A stretch of 64,000 nucleotides of DNA from Christensenellales bacterium (GCA_050952545.1 JBMNLD010000002.1:240705-304704); one strand, 5' to 3'; positions 9,955 through 18,787 are shown, counted from the stretch's first letter. Notes: generated by a model from the letters alone, not told the origin. Program-made: numbers and translations.

Positions 9955-9981
9955 CCTGCTGTCTTGACAGCAGAAAAACCC

Positions 9982-10010
9982 TTGACATACTTATTAATTA
10001 GTGATATCAT
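9982..10010 (+). promoter_or_regulatory. SigmaA-type promoter TTGACA-17-TATCAT for the ArsR/SdpR-like gene
   Basis: TTGACA at 9982-9987, a 17-nt spacer, TATCAT at 10005-10010. Confidence 0.5.
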
Positions 10011-10039
10011 TTAGATAAACATAAAAATGTAAGGTAATT

Positions 10040-10297
10040 ATGCAGAAGAAATTTAAGGCATTATCGGATAAGACGAGGCGGGAAATATTAAAGCTGTTAA
10101 GAGGCGGTTCTATGGCAGCGGGTGAAATAGCCTCTAAGTTCGATATGTCTTTCGCCACCGTATCGCATCATTTATCCATATTAAAAGACGCCGACCTTGT
10201 CAGCGATGTAAAAGACGGTAAATATATTATATATGAGCTTAATTCCTCGGTCATTGACGAATTGATTTCATATATATACGAGTTAAAGACAAGATGA
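10040..10297 (+). CDS. ArsR-family HTH transcriptional regulator (SdpR-like autorepressor)
   Basis: The span LSDKTRREILKLL...ATVSHHLSILKDADLV is typical of ArsR/SmtB HTH regulators. Overlaps the downstream membrane gene by 4 nt. Confidence 0.7.
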   Translation: MQKKFKALSDKTRREILKLLRGGSMAAGEIASKFDMSFATVSHHLSILKDADLVSDVKDGKYIIYELNSSVIDELISYIYELKTR

Positions 10298-10956
10298 ACA
10301 GAAAATTTTTAGATGAAATCTTAATTGCATTGTTCCCAATGACTTCCGTATTGCTTACGGCGGCGCTGTACGGTATAATGCCCGACCTTATTCCCGCTAC
10401 ATTCAATCTGCGGGGCGGAGTGTCGGCGTTTACCGATAAATCTTTTATTGTCTTCATAATCTCGATGCTGTCGCTGTTTTTTTACTTGTACTTTTTAATT
10501 GTGCCTCATATCGATAAGAAATCTATATATGTCAGATTCAATAACGCGTACAGGATGATGCGATTAATTGTCTCCGTCACGCTGTTTCTTATCAATTCGG
10601 CGTATCTGCTTGTGATATTCTATCCCCACAGAATGGAGCTTTTTATCGCCGTAAAAGTAATTCTCTCCGTCGCTCTGATGTTTATAGGAGACAGACTGCC
10701 TAAGGTCAAGAGGAATTATTTCATCGGCGTCGTCAATCCCTGGACATTAAGAAACGCCGCAGTGTGGTCTAAGACCCAGAGGTTTACGGGCAGACTGGTG
10801 TTTTATACATCAATCATTATGCTGCTACTGTCGTTTATTAATCTCGAATGGTCTAACGCCGTATACTTTGCGTTAATCGTATTTATGATATTTGTTCCGC
10901 ATCTGTATGCGGCAAAGGCGTACTTTAATAAAACAATCAATTCCGATAGGAGGTAA
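10294..10956 (+). CDS. SdpI/YhfL-family membrane protein with a DUF1648-like N-terminal half (immunity-protein-like)
   Basis: Polytopic membrane protein. The motif NYFIGVVNPWTLRNAAVWSKTQRFTG matches the SdpI/YhfL signature NxxxGxRxPWTLxNxxVWxKT. Confidence 0.65.
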   Translation: MNRKFLDEILIALFPMTSVLLTAALYGIMPDLIPATFNLRGGVSAFTDKSFIVFIISMLSLFFYLYFLIVPHIDKKSIYVRFNNAYRMMRLIVSVTLFLINSAYLLVIFYPHRMELFIAVKVILSVALMFIGDRLPKVKRNYFIGVVNPWTLRNAAVWSKTQRFTGRLVFYTSIIMLLLSFINLEWSNAVYFALIVFMIFVPHLYAAKAYFNKTINSDRR

Positions 10957-10961
10957 TCAAT

Positions 10962-11519
10962 ATGTTGTATTTAGCCGGAAATAGCATCTTTAGAGAAATA
11001 GTATTATTATTCAGCGAGATGGGGGTAGTGCCCGCTATCTGTCTGCTCGCGGGTCTTGTACTGATGATTATCGAGGTCTTTCAGCCGGGCTTTGGGATAT
11101 TCGGAGGTCTCGGAGCGATACTTACTATAATCGGAATAGCGTTAAGAGTTGCCGATAGCGGCTCGGCTAATCCGTTCGCTATACTATTCCTGTTGCTCCT
11201 CTTTATCACGCTGATAATTACCGCCGCGTTTATAATTATGGTCAAGTCTTCAAGATACGGATGGCTTAAAAGAACGCCGTTTTTTGAAGAGGGCACCGCG
11301 GTGAACGCGGATTTTTCCGAGGGTACCAAGGACTTTTCATTCCTTATCGGTAAGAAAGGCATCACAATCACTAATTTAAGACCGGCGGGATTTGCAAGCA
11401 TAGACGGCGAAAATTACGATGTTACGGCTGAAGGTTTTTTCATTGAAAAGGACGAATTAATCAAAGTCGTAGCCGTTGAAGGAATCAAAATCACCGTTAA
11501 GCGCGTCGACGAGCAATGA
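10962..11519 (+). CDS. NfeD-family membrane protein (C-terminal OB-fold), partner of FloA
   Basis: N-terminal TM segments plus a C-terminal soluble beta domain. Sits immediately upstream of a flotillin-like gene, as in B. subtilis yqeZ-floA. Confidence 0.65.
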   Translation: MLYLAGNSIFREIVLLFSEMGVVPAICLLAGLVLMIIEVFQPGFGIFGGLGAILTIIGIALRVADSGSANPFAILFLLLLFITLIITAAFIIMVKSSRYGWLKRTPFFEEGTAVNADFSEGTKDFSFLIGKKGITITNLRPAGFASIDGENYDVTAEGFFIEKDELIKVVAVEGIKITVKRVDEQ

Positions 11520-11582
11520 AATAAGAAAACAAATTATAATTATTAAATTGTAAACACTATATTTATATAAGGAGGAAACAAA

Positions 11583-12590
11583 ATGTTATCAATTCTTACG
11601 GCAAGCGTTTTAGGTTGGATTCTGGGAATATTCCTGATAGTCACTTTTCTGGCGGTATTCTTTGCGCTGGTGCCTCTGAAACTATGGTTTCTGGCATTAA
11701 TTTCGGGCGCAAGGGTGAGTATGAGCTATCTTGTCGCCATAAGGCTGAGAAAAGTGCCTGTAAAACTTGTGGTTGAGACTTATATCAGAGCAAGAAAAGC
11801 GGGTTTGCAGTTAAAGGTAGACGACCTGAGCAACCATTATATGGCTGGAGGTAATATAGCCAATGTCGTTAACGCCCTGATATCCGCGCACAGCGCGAAT
11901 ATCGCTCTGAATTTCGGCACGGCGAAAGCTATCGACCTCGCGGGCAGGAATGTATTTGACGCGGTGCGGGTCAGTATCACGCCTAAAGTAATCGAGACGC
12001 CTATTGTCGCCGCAATCGCGAAAGACGGTATTGAACTCAGGACCAAAGCGAGAGTGACGGTAAGAACCAATATCTCAAGGCTCATCGGCGGCGCCGGAGA
12101 AGAAACGATTATCGCGCGCGTAGGCGAGGGCATCGTTACAACGGTCGGCTCCGCTATCGCGCATACGGAAGTGCTTGAAAATCCCGATAACATCTCTAAG
12201 ACTGTGTTGCAGAAAGGTCTGGATTCGGGAACGGCTTTTGAAATACTGTCCATAGATATCGCGGATATCGATGTGGGCAGGAATATCGGCGCGCAACTTC
12301 AGATGGACCAGGCGGAAGCGGACAAGAGAATCGCTCAGGCGAAAGCGGAAGAGCGCCGCGCTATGGCAGTTGCCAAAGAGCAGGAAATGAAAGCTAAAAC
12401 GCAGGAAATGAGAGCAGAAGTCGTCGCAGCCGAGGCTGAGGTGCCTAAGGCGCTTGCGGAAGCGTTTAAGAAAGGAAATTTAGGCGTAATGGATTATTAC
12501 AATATGCAGAATGTAATTGCGGACACCCAGATGAGAAACGCTATCGGCAGTACGGACAGTACGACCGAGAGCGAACCTAAGAAAAGGTAA
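11583..12590 (+). CDS. floA: Flotillin-like protein FloA (SPFH domain)
   Basis: About 335 aa. N-terminal membrane hairpin, SPFH domain, Ala/Glu-rich C-terminus. Synteny with NfeD. Confidence 0.8.
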   Translation: MLSILTASVLGWILGIFLIVTFLAVFFALVPLKLWFLALISGARVSMSYLVAIRLRKVPVKLVVETYIRARKAGLQLKVDDLSNHYMAGGNIANVVNALISAHSANIALNFGTAKAIDLAGRNVFDAVRVSITPKVIETPIVAAIAKDGIELRTKARVTVRTNISRLIGGAGEETIIARVGEGIVTTVGSAIAHTEVLENPDNISKTVLQKGLDSGTAFEILSIDIADIDVGRNIGAQLQMDQAEADKRIAQAKAEERRAMAVAKEQEMKAKTQEMRAEVVAAEAEVPKALAEAFKKGNLGVMDYYNMQNVIADTQMRNAIGSTDSTTESEPKKR

Positions 12591-12592
12591 TT

Positions 12593-13186
12593 ATGGAATT
12601 TATAGGAATAATAATAATATCTCTGGTCATCGGTACGATAATACCCGCGATGCTGAAGAATCCTAGCGTCAAGAAATATGTCGATGATGTCAAGAGCAAA
12701 CTGAAATCCTCAAAGCAGCCTGAGAACTCTAAATATAAAGGGCTTGCCGAAGATATTAAGGATAAATCGTCGCTTCCGCCATACAAGGCAAAAAAATCAG
12801 ATTTCGTCTCGATGGAAGGCGCCGAAAGCTCCGAGGGTAAAGGTACCGAGGGTTACAGCGCGATGAAAAGCAGCTTGACCGAGATGCATGCAGCAGAATA
12901 TAAATCGCTGAAATCGAGAAATGAATATCTGGAGGAGCATAATCATCCGGCGACGGAATCGGGCGATACTAAGGAAAGAGAGCCGTATTACGGCAGCCTT
13001 AATGTGGATTACGCCGGCGAGGGCTGCAAGGATCACAGGAATCTGGCTTATATTTCGGACGCGCCGGGCATAACTCGGGACAGGATAAAGCTGACCACCT
13101 TGCAGAAGATAATAGTCTTCGGAGATATGATTAACACACCCGCGTACAAGCGTCGCAATGCGGCTTCTTTTAAGAGATTAGGCTGA
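12593..13186 (+). CDS. Hypothetical membrane-anchored protein. Its last 11 codons lie inside the repeat unit.
   Basis: N-terminal TM (IGIIIISLVIGTIIPAML) followed by a Lys/Glu/Ser-rich region. The 3' end (RRNAASFKRLG*) is encoded by the start of the 316-bp tandem repeat. Confidence 0.45.
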   Translation: MEFIGIIIISLVIGTIIPAMLKNPSVKKYVDDVKSKLKSSKQPENSKYKGLAEDIKDKSSLPPYKAKKSDFVSMEGAESSEGKGTEGYSAMKSSLTEMHAAEYKSLKSRNEYLEEHNHPATESGDTKEREPYYGSLNVDYAGEGCKDHRNLAYISDAPGITRDRIKLTTLQKIIVFGDMINTPAYKRRNAASFKRLG

Positions 13187-13784
13187 CGCCTAGTCTCTTA
13201 TTTATAGCCGCTTGCTCCTCTTCCCTCGCGTTTACCGCTCTCTGCTTGATATGTCCGTTATTCCGTGCCCTTTTCCAAGCATTCGCTCCTTAAAGCGCTT
13301 CGGGGTTGTCTTCTATTGCCCGTCTTTGACTCGCCTTTTTCCTTGTTCTCATCGGAAAATCTGCTCGTTATAGCTACTTTACAATTTCAAATAATGTTAA
13401 CATTTAATAGGGTTATGACTATCAGTATATAAAAAATTCAAAAGACAGAGAACCGTCCCCTGTCTTAGTCGCAATGCGGCTTCTTTTAAGAGATTAGGCT
13501 GACGCCTAGTCTCTTATTTATAGCCGCTTGCTCCTCTTCCCTCGCGTTTACCGCTCTCTGCTTGATATGTCCGTTATTCCGTGCCCTTTTCCAAGCATTC
13601 GCTCCTTAAAGCGCTTCGGGGTTGTCTTCTATTGCCCGTCTTTGACTCGCCTTTTTCCTTGTTCTCATCGGAAAATCTGCTCGTTATAGCTACTTTACAA
13701 TTTCAAATAATGTTAACATTTAATAGGGTTATGACTATCAGTATATAAAAAATTCAAAAGACAGAGAACCGTCCCCTGTCTTAG
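13153..13784. repeat. Exact tandem duplication, 2 x 316 bp. The unit begins with a dispersed structured motif and ends with a hairpin.
   Basis: Copy 1 (13153-13468) and copy 2 (13469-13784) are identical by direct reading. Copy 1 starts inside the 3' end of the upstream CDS. Confidence 0.9.
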
Positions 13785-13972
13785 GTAATAATCCCCTTAT
13801 TCAGAGCAATACCTATATGATAATGAAAATAGTAAAAAGCCATAGCGCTTATTAGGATACTTCGGCAGCTTAGGACGGCGGAAGTCATATGGCTATTACC
13901 CATATATTGAAATATGGTAAAGCATATGACTTATAATTATTACAAATAAATGATTTAGGAGGTCATAATTTT

Positions 13973-14254
13973 ATGTTAAACAAATTGTTGAAAAACAAAA
14001 AAGGCTTTACGCTCATAGAGCTTATAGTCGTTATCGCGATTCTCGGCATTCTCGCCGCGGTATTAGTGCCCGCTATCGGTAACTATGTTGAAAGAGCTAA
14101 CAAAACTACCTGCGCATCCGAGGCGAGCGCTGCTTTACAAGCTGCTCAGAGAATACTGGTTGAAATTGAGAATGGAGTTATTACCGATTATGCAGAAGAT
14201 GTTGAAGACGCTCTTCATGCTGAAGGCTATACCGGATGCATCCGGTGTTACTAG
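13973..14254 (+). CDS. Type IV pilin, short ComGC-like with a prepilin N-terminus. Possibly C-terminally truncated.
   Basis: N-terminus KKGFTLIELIVVIAILGILAAV. RBS aggagg. The C-terminal ...DALHAEGYTG is paralogous to the 14529 pilin (..DALREEGIYG) but ends early. Confidence 0.65.
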   Translation: MLNKLLKNKKGFTLIELIVVIAILGILAAVLVPAIGNYVERANKTTCASEASAALQAAQRILVEIENGVITDYAEDVEDALHAEGYTGCIRCY

Positions 14255-14380
14255 TTGATAACGGCAGAATTACAGCTATGACATGGGACCAGCTCGAACG
14301 GCTATACTACTACATATACTGCAGGAGCTTGGGATCCACCCGCTAAAGCAGGATCATAATAGGTAAAGTAACAAACTAAT

Positions 14381-14466
14381 AACGCCCTTTATGGGCGTTA
14401 TTGTTTTATATTATTCCTAACTAAACGCCCTTTATGGGCGTTATTGTTTTATATTATTCCTAACTA
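14381..14466 (+). repeat. Tandem duplication (2 x 43 bp) of a terminator-like module
   Basis: aacgccctttatgggcgttattgttttatattattcctaacta appears twice in exact copy. Each copy carries the hairpin aacgccc ttta tgggcgtt plus a T-rich tail. Confidence 0.85.
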
Positions 14467-14483
14467 TCGGAATTAAAATTTCG

Positions 14484-14511
14484 TTGACATATTTTATTTC
14501 TATGTTAGAAT
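14484..14511 (+). promoter_or_regulatory. Promoter TTGACA-16-(TGt)TAGAAT for the 14529 pilin
   Basis: TTGACA at 14484-14489. Extended -10 tgtTAGAAT at 14503-14511. Confidence 0.5.
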
Positions 14512-14528
14512 AGTAATGGAGTAATATT

Positions 14529-14906
14529 ATGATTTTTTATAAGCCGCTTAGGGTGAGAAAAGGATTTACCCTTGTTGAGTTAATCGTTGTCATTGCAGTT
14601 CTTGCTATTATCGCGGGAGTAACCATTCCGCTTGTAAATAATTACATATCGAACGCTAATTCTATCGTCGCGAAATCCAACGGATTAAACGCCTTTAATA
14701 ACGCAAAAAAACTTATTATCGTTGGCAAGAACTCCACGCCCGAGATTATTTATAATAACGAAACAATCCTTGACGCGTTAAGAGAAGAAGGAATATACGG
14801 GATTACGATCGAGTTAATTGACGGCGAAATATCGCGCGTCGTATCATCTCACCGCAATAAAGAATGGACCTACACCCCCGATGAAGGCTGGATAGAGACG
14901 GATTAA
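14529..14906 (+). CDS. Type IV pilin (prepilin N-terminus)
   Basis: N-terminus RKGFTLVELIVVIAVLAIIAGV. RBS ggag. Confidence 0.7.
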   Translation: MIFYKPLRVRKGFTLVELIVVIAVLAIIAGVTIPLVNNYISNANSIVAKSNGLNAFNNAKKLIIVGKNSTPEIIYNNETILDALREEGIYGITIELIDGEISRVVSSHRNKEWTYTPDEGWIETD

Positions 14907-14909
14907 TAG

Positions 14910-14937
14910 TTCCGCTTGCCTATAACGGCAAGCGGAA
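14910..14937 (+). repeat. REP-like stop-codon-proximal hairpin TTCCGCTTGCC-TATAAC-GGCAAGCGGAA. An identical copy lies at 32719-32746.
   Basis: The 29-nt sequence gttccgcttgcctataacggcaagcggaa occurs twice, each time directly after a stop codon. No U-tract follows either copy. Confidence 0.8.
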
Positions 14938-15093
14938 TTAAATTACTAACTATTGTATGATGAATATGGGTCAACACCATATATGGGAATTTCCCATAAA
15001 TACTAACATTAGTAATAATTCTTGACTATAATGTAAATAACAATTTAATAGCAGAGTTTACTCTGTACGAAAACAATTAAATCTCAACAAGGG

Positions 15094-15119
15094 AAAACGC
15101 GGTCATTTGACCGCGTTTC
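15094..15119. terminator. Bidirectional terminator hairpin between convergent pilin genes
   Basis: aaacgcggtc attt gaccgcgttt flanked by an A-run and a T-run. Confidence 0.5.
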
Positions 15120-15156
15120 TCTTTATATTCCGTCTTCCGTCGAGGACGGCGGAATA

Positions 15157-15588
15157 TCAATCAATCACGCTTTTGGATACGACGCCGGTGCTGTTGTAGT
15201 GCACTTTAGCGCCGCCGTAAATGACATAGACATCGGTAATCAGGTTATTGCCGTTAACGCTTATGTAATTGCCCTCGGCGGTCTTTGCCGCAAATTGCGC
15301 GGAAGTGATTACATTGCTTTCGCCGATTTGAGACGCTTCGTCAAGCATTTTGTTAAGAGCATGTCTGGTCGTGTACTGGGCGGTGATAATTTCTCTGCCG
15401 TTATCGATATTACGGTTAACTGTAGCAGCCGTATGGTAAATATTTTCGGCTTTGCCTATTGCGGTGCCGATTTTCCTGTTCTTGAAGACATTGCTTAAAA
15501 TAGGCACGGTTAAAGCCGCGAGAATACCAATAATTAGAATGATTATTAATATCTCTATTAAAGTAAATCCTTTCTTGTTCTTAAGCAT
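15157..15588 (-). CDS. Type IV pilin (prepilin N-terminus)
   Basis: N-terminus KKGFTLIEILIIILIIGILAALTV. Confidence 0.7.
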   Translation of the reverse strand: MLKNKKGFTLIEILIIILIIGILAALTVPILSNVFKNRKIGTAIGKAENIYHTAATVNRNIDNGREIITAQYTTRHALNKMLDEASQIGESNVITSAQFAAKTAEGNYISVNGNNLITDVYVIYGGAKVHYNSTGVVSKSVID

Positions 15589-15648
15589 ATCTCACCTAAT
15601 ATATTATACTCGCAAACGGGTTGCGCTGTCAAGAGAGGATTATAGGTC

Positions 15649-15677
15649 TTGAAAAGAGTTATCCGCTATGGTATAAT
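15649..15677 (+). promoter_or_regulatory. Promoter TTGAAA-17-(TGg)TATAAT upstream of malQ
   Basis: TTGAAA at 15649-15654. TATAAT at 15672-15677 with an upstream TG. Confidence 0.5.
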
Positions 15678-15694
15678 ATTAAAGGGTGATAATT

Positions 15695-17197
15695 ATGATT
15701 ACTAGGTCTTCCGGGGTATTACTTAATGTATCCTCTCTCCCCGGCGATTTCGGAATCGGCGATTTCGGCGGGGCTGTAAGGCATTTTCTGCAATCCTTTC
15801 TCGATATGGGGTTTCATTATTGGCAGGTATTGCCCGTAACCACTATCGGGGCGGGCAATTCGCCGTATTCGGGAATAAGCCTTAAAGCGGGCAATTATCT
15901 CTACATTGACCCGTACGCGTTAATGAACGAAGGGCTATTAAGCGGCGATGAAATCGAATACATCAAATACCGCTACGAGCCTTATCTGGTCAATTACGAG
16001 CACGCCAAATGGGCGAAGTCCTACGCATTAAAGCAAGCCTATCCGCGCTTTAACGATAATGAGGCGCTCGACAGTTTTATATCCGCTAACGCCGATTGGC
16101 TGACGGATTATTCGCTGTTTCGATGTCTTAAAGAGGATTACGGCGACGCCTGTTGGCGCGACTGGCCTGAGGAATATAAATTCAGAAAGCCCGCTTCAAT
16201 CGACGCCTATATTAATAATAACGGCGACAGATTAAGATTTTATTATTTCGAGCAGTTTATCTTTAATAAGCAATGGCAATCGATTAAGGACACCGCTAAG
16301 GAGCTGCATATGGCAATTATCGGAGACCTGCCTATATATCCGTGTTACGACAGCGTGGATGTATGGGCTGACATGGCGGAATATCAACTCGATAAAAACC
16401 TTAATCCGGTTAAGGTTGCGGGTGTGCCGCCCGATTACTTTGCGTCCGACGGTCAGCTGTGGAATAATCCCGTATATAATTACACGGCGATGAAACGAAA
16501 TAAATACAAGACTCTGAAAGAGCGCATTAATTACGCGCTGAATCTATACGACATATTGAGAATAGACCATTTCAGGGGGTATTATAAGTATTGGGCGGTG
16601 CCGTACGGCGCTACGAGCGCCAAGGAAGGCAAATGGTACAACGGACCTAAAATGGAGCTGTTCAGGGATTTTCTCGATAAGGACATTATCGCCGAAGATC
16701 TAGGTCTGATTGACGATGAGGTAAGAGACTTTCTCGATAAGACGGGTTTTCCCGGAATGAGAGTGATGCAGTTCGGCTTCCTAGACGACGACAGCATACA
16801 TTTGCCGCATCATTACAACGCGAATACGGTCGCGTATACGGGCACGCACGATAACGATACTACGCTGGGCTGGCTGTATAAGCTCGACGACGCCACAAGG
16901 CAATATGTGCTTCATTACTGCGGCGAGCACGGCTCGGGCTGGGGCGCGGGCGGGGGGGACTGCCCCTCTACAAAGTCATTTATCAAGACGCTGATGATGA
17001 GTACCGCTAAGCTCGTGATTGTCGCGTTTCAGGACCTTTGCGGCTACGGCTCGGATACGAGAATGAATGTGCCCGGCACATCGGAAGGGAACTGGAGATA
17101 CCGCGCTACATACGGCGCGCTCTCTTCGGTTAATATGCAATACATACTTGACCTTAACAATACCTACGGCAGGAACAGACCTTATATCAAAGAATAG
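15695..17197 (+). CDS. malQ: 4-alpha-glucanotransferase (amylomaltase, GH77)
   Basis: N-terminus ITRSSGVLLNVSSLPGDFGIGDFG is typical of MalQ. About 500 aa. The ATG at 15695 is preferred over the upstream GTG. Confidence 0.85.
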   Translation: MITRSSGVLLNVSSLPGDFGIGDFGGAVRHFLQSFLDMGFHYWQVLPVTTIGAGNSPYSGISLKAGNYLYIDPYALMNEGLLSGDEIEYIKYRYEPYLVNYEHAKWAKSYALKQAYPRFNDNEALDSFISANADWLTDYSLFRCLKEDYGDACWRDWPEEYKFRKPASIDAYINNNGDRLRFYYFEQFIFNKQWQSIKDTAKELHMAIIGDLPIYPCYDSVDVWADMAEYQLDKNLNPVKVAGVPPDYFASDGQLWNNPVYNYTAMKRNKYKTLKERINYALNLYDILRIDHFRGYYKYWAVPYGATSAKEGKWYNGPKMELFRDFLDKDIIAEDLGLIDDEVRDFLDKTGFPGMRVMQFGFLDDDSIHLPHHYNANTVAYTGTHDNDTTLGWLYKLDDATRQYVLHYCGEHGSGWGAGGGDCPSTKSFIKTLMMSTAKLVIVAFQDLCGYGSDTRMNVPGTSEGNWRYRATYGALSSVNMQYILDLNNTYGRNRPYIKE

Positions 17198-17668
17198 ATG
17201 CGCGTATATATCGATAAGATAAAGGCTACACAGGATTTTGTTAAGCAATGCATTGAATTATACGGCATAGCAGATGCAAAGCTTAGCATTAACGGTAACG
17301 GCAAGCCTTGTCTTGACAGAGGATATCATATCTCCGTATCGCATTCGGGCGGTTTAATCGCGGCGGCAATAGGCAATGACGCTCTGGGAATCGATATAGA
17401 GCGGATAAAAGAAAGAGATCATTCAGCTCTTGCCAAAAGATATTTTACAGCTAATGAGTACGCGCTTGTAAAAAGCGGGGGAATAACACGCTTTTACAGG
17501 CTGTGGACGATGAAAGAAGCGTATATGAAAATCCAAGGCGCGCGCCTTAATACGAGAGTAACGGAAGAAAAAATTATAGGAGAGGGCTATAAGATATTTC
17601 ATAAGATAATCGACGGATATTATCTAACGGTAGTAAGTAAAGACGAGGAAATAATCTTTGCCCGATAA
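17198..17668 (+). CDS. 4'-phosphopantetheinyl transferase, short Sfp-type
   Basis: Motifs GKP, ISVSHSGG, GIDIERI and WTMKEAYMK. Starts 1 nt after the malQ stop. Confidence 0.7.
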   Translation: MRVYIDKIKATQDFVKQCIELYGIADAKLSINGNGKPCLDRGYHISVSHSGGLIAAAIGNDALGIDIERIKERDHSALAKRYFTANEYALVKSGGITRFYRLWTMKEAYMKIQGARLNTRVTEEKIIGEGYKIFHKIIDGYYLTVVSKDEEIIFAR

Positions 17669-17673
17669 AATAA

Positions 17674-18747
17674 TTGGGATACATAAGCCGTGCATTAATA
17701 ACCATAACCGCGTTGTCGCTGTTAGCCGCGGGAACGAGCGTTATAAGTATTGCGCCTGATTCCGAAATTTCCGTAGTTCAAGATGTCGTTATTACGGAAA
17801 ATGAAATTTACGCCCTAGAAGGCTCCTCAGACAAAATAATAGTTTTCTCTATAGAGCATACCTGTCAATCGTATTCGGTTGACTTATTTATTAAATTAAC
17901 AACAAACAGCGTAAACGAGTGCGTTAAGGTCTATCTGACCTCCGACTATGAGGGCTTGTCGCATACTGGCGCGCTGATTACGAAAAACACGATATCGGCG
18001 GTTATAGACGGCGAGGTAAAGGGCTCTTCATTTACAAACTTCACAGAGCACCGTCTGATACAAATAGCCCTGTCGCCCGGGATAAACGGCTATTATACGA
18101 CGGTATCCGTAGACGGCGGCGAGGTCGCTGAATTTTTTACTCAGGGCGAAATGAGATATTATGATTATCTTCAGGTCAGGGCGGAAAATAATTACGCGGG
18201 CTTTTCGATAAAAGCCTATGAAAATGAAACGGGCGATACCGGCGAAGACATCGACGTGGATGAAGAAGACAATAAAGACGAAGACGATGTAGATAATAGC
18301 ATTGAAGACGAAGAAGACGGAGAAGACGCAGAAAACGGGGAAGACGGTGAAGACGAAGAAGGCGGTGATGGTGAAGACCAAACGGACGGCTCCGACGAAG
18401 AAGATGGAGAAAATAATAACGGTGAAAGCTCTGACGGGGAAGACGGCGATGATGCAGATAAGCCTACCGATGAGCCGGATGAAGACGAAATAAGCGACGA
18501 GGATGAAGATCCTGAAATTCCCGAAAGCGGCGATACAGAGGAAATTGACGAAGCGGGACAAGACGAAACGGGTAATACTGACAACGGGGAGCCCCTGCCG
18601 ATAGGGATTGGAGACGAAATAGCTTTAGACCTTAATAATAATACAATTACCGATAAAACGGATAAGGTTAATTTGTCCCTCGGGATAATAATATGCAGCG
18701 TGTTCTTGCTGTCCATGCTGCTTACTCTGAAATATAAATTGACATAA
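17674..18747 (+). CDS. Secreted, C-terminally anchored protein with a ~130-aa poly-acidic (D/E/G) low-complexity region
   Basis: Signal-peptide-like N-terminus. Long DEEDGEDAENGEDGEDEEGG... tract. C-terminal TM helix followed by KYKLT. TTG start and a weak RBS, so the exact start is uncertain. Confidence 0.45.
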   Translation: MGYISRALITITALSLLAAGTSVISIAPDSEISVVQDVVITENEIYALEGSSDKIIVFSIEHTCQSYSVDLFIKLTTNSVNECVKVYLTSDYEGLSHTGALITKNTISAVIDGEVKGSSFTNFTEHRLIQIALSPGINGYYTTVSVDGGEVAEFFTQGEMRYYDYLQVRAENNYAGFSIKAYENETGDTGEDIDVDEEDNKDEDDVDNSIEDEEDGEDAENGEDGEDEEGGDGEDQTDGSDEEDGENNNGESSDGEDGDDADKPTDEPDEDEISDEDEDPEIPESGDTEEIDEAGQDETGNTDNGEPLPIGIGDEIALDLNNNTITDKTDKVNLSLGIIICSVFLLSMLLTLKYKLT

Positions 18748-18787
18748 GTGTAAGGTTTAGGCTAAAATTAATAGACGAGGTGAATAA

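Noticed and set aside
14255-14345. Out-of-frame continuation (DNGRITAMTWDQLERLYYY...) after the 13973 pilin stop as evidence of a frameshifted pseudogene
   Set aside because: The continuation is short and has no recognizable pilin C-terminal features. It cannot be distinguished from chance. It is mentioned only as a possibility under the pilin-hotspot finding.
13153-14466. Possible CRISPR array suggested by tandem repeats
   Set aside because: The repeat units (316 bp and 43 bp) are directly adjacent with no unique spacers, and no cas genes are present. They are simple tandem duplications.
18028-18716. Two long minus-strand ORFs (177 and 166 aa) antisense to the poly-acidic protein gene
   Set aside because: Their translations are low-complexity Ser/Phe/Val runs, the mirror image of GAA/GAC repeats. 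This is a shadow-ORF artifact of the acidic tract.
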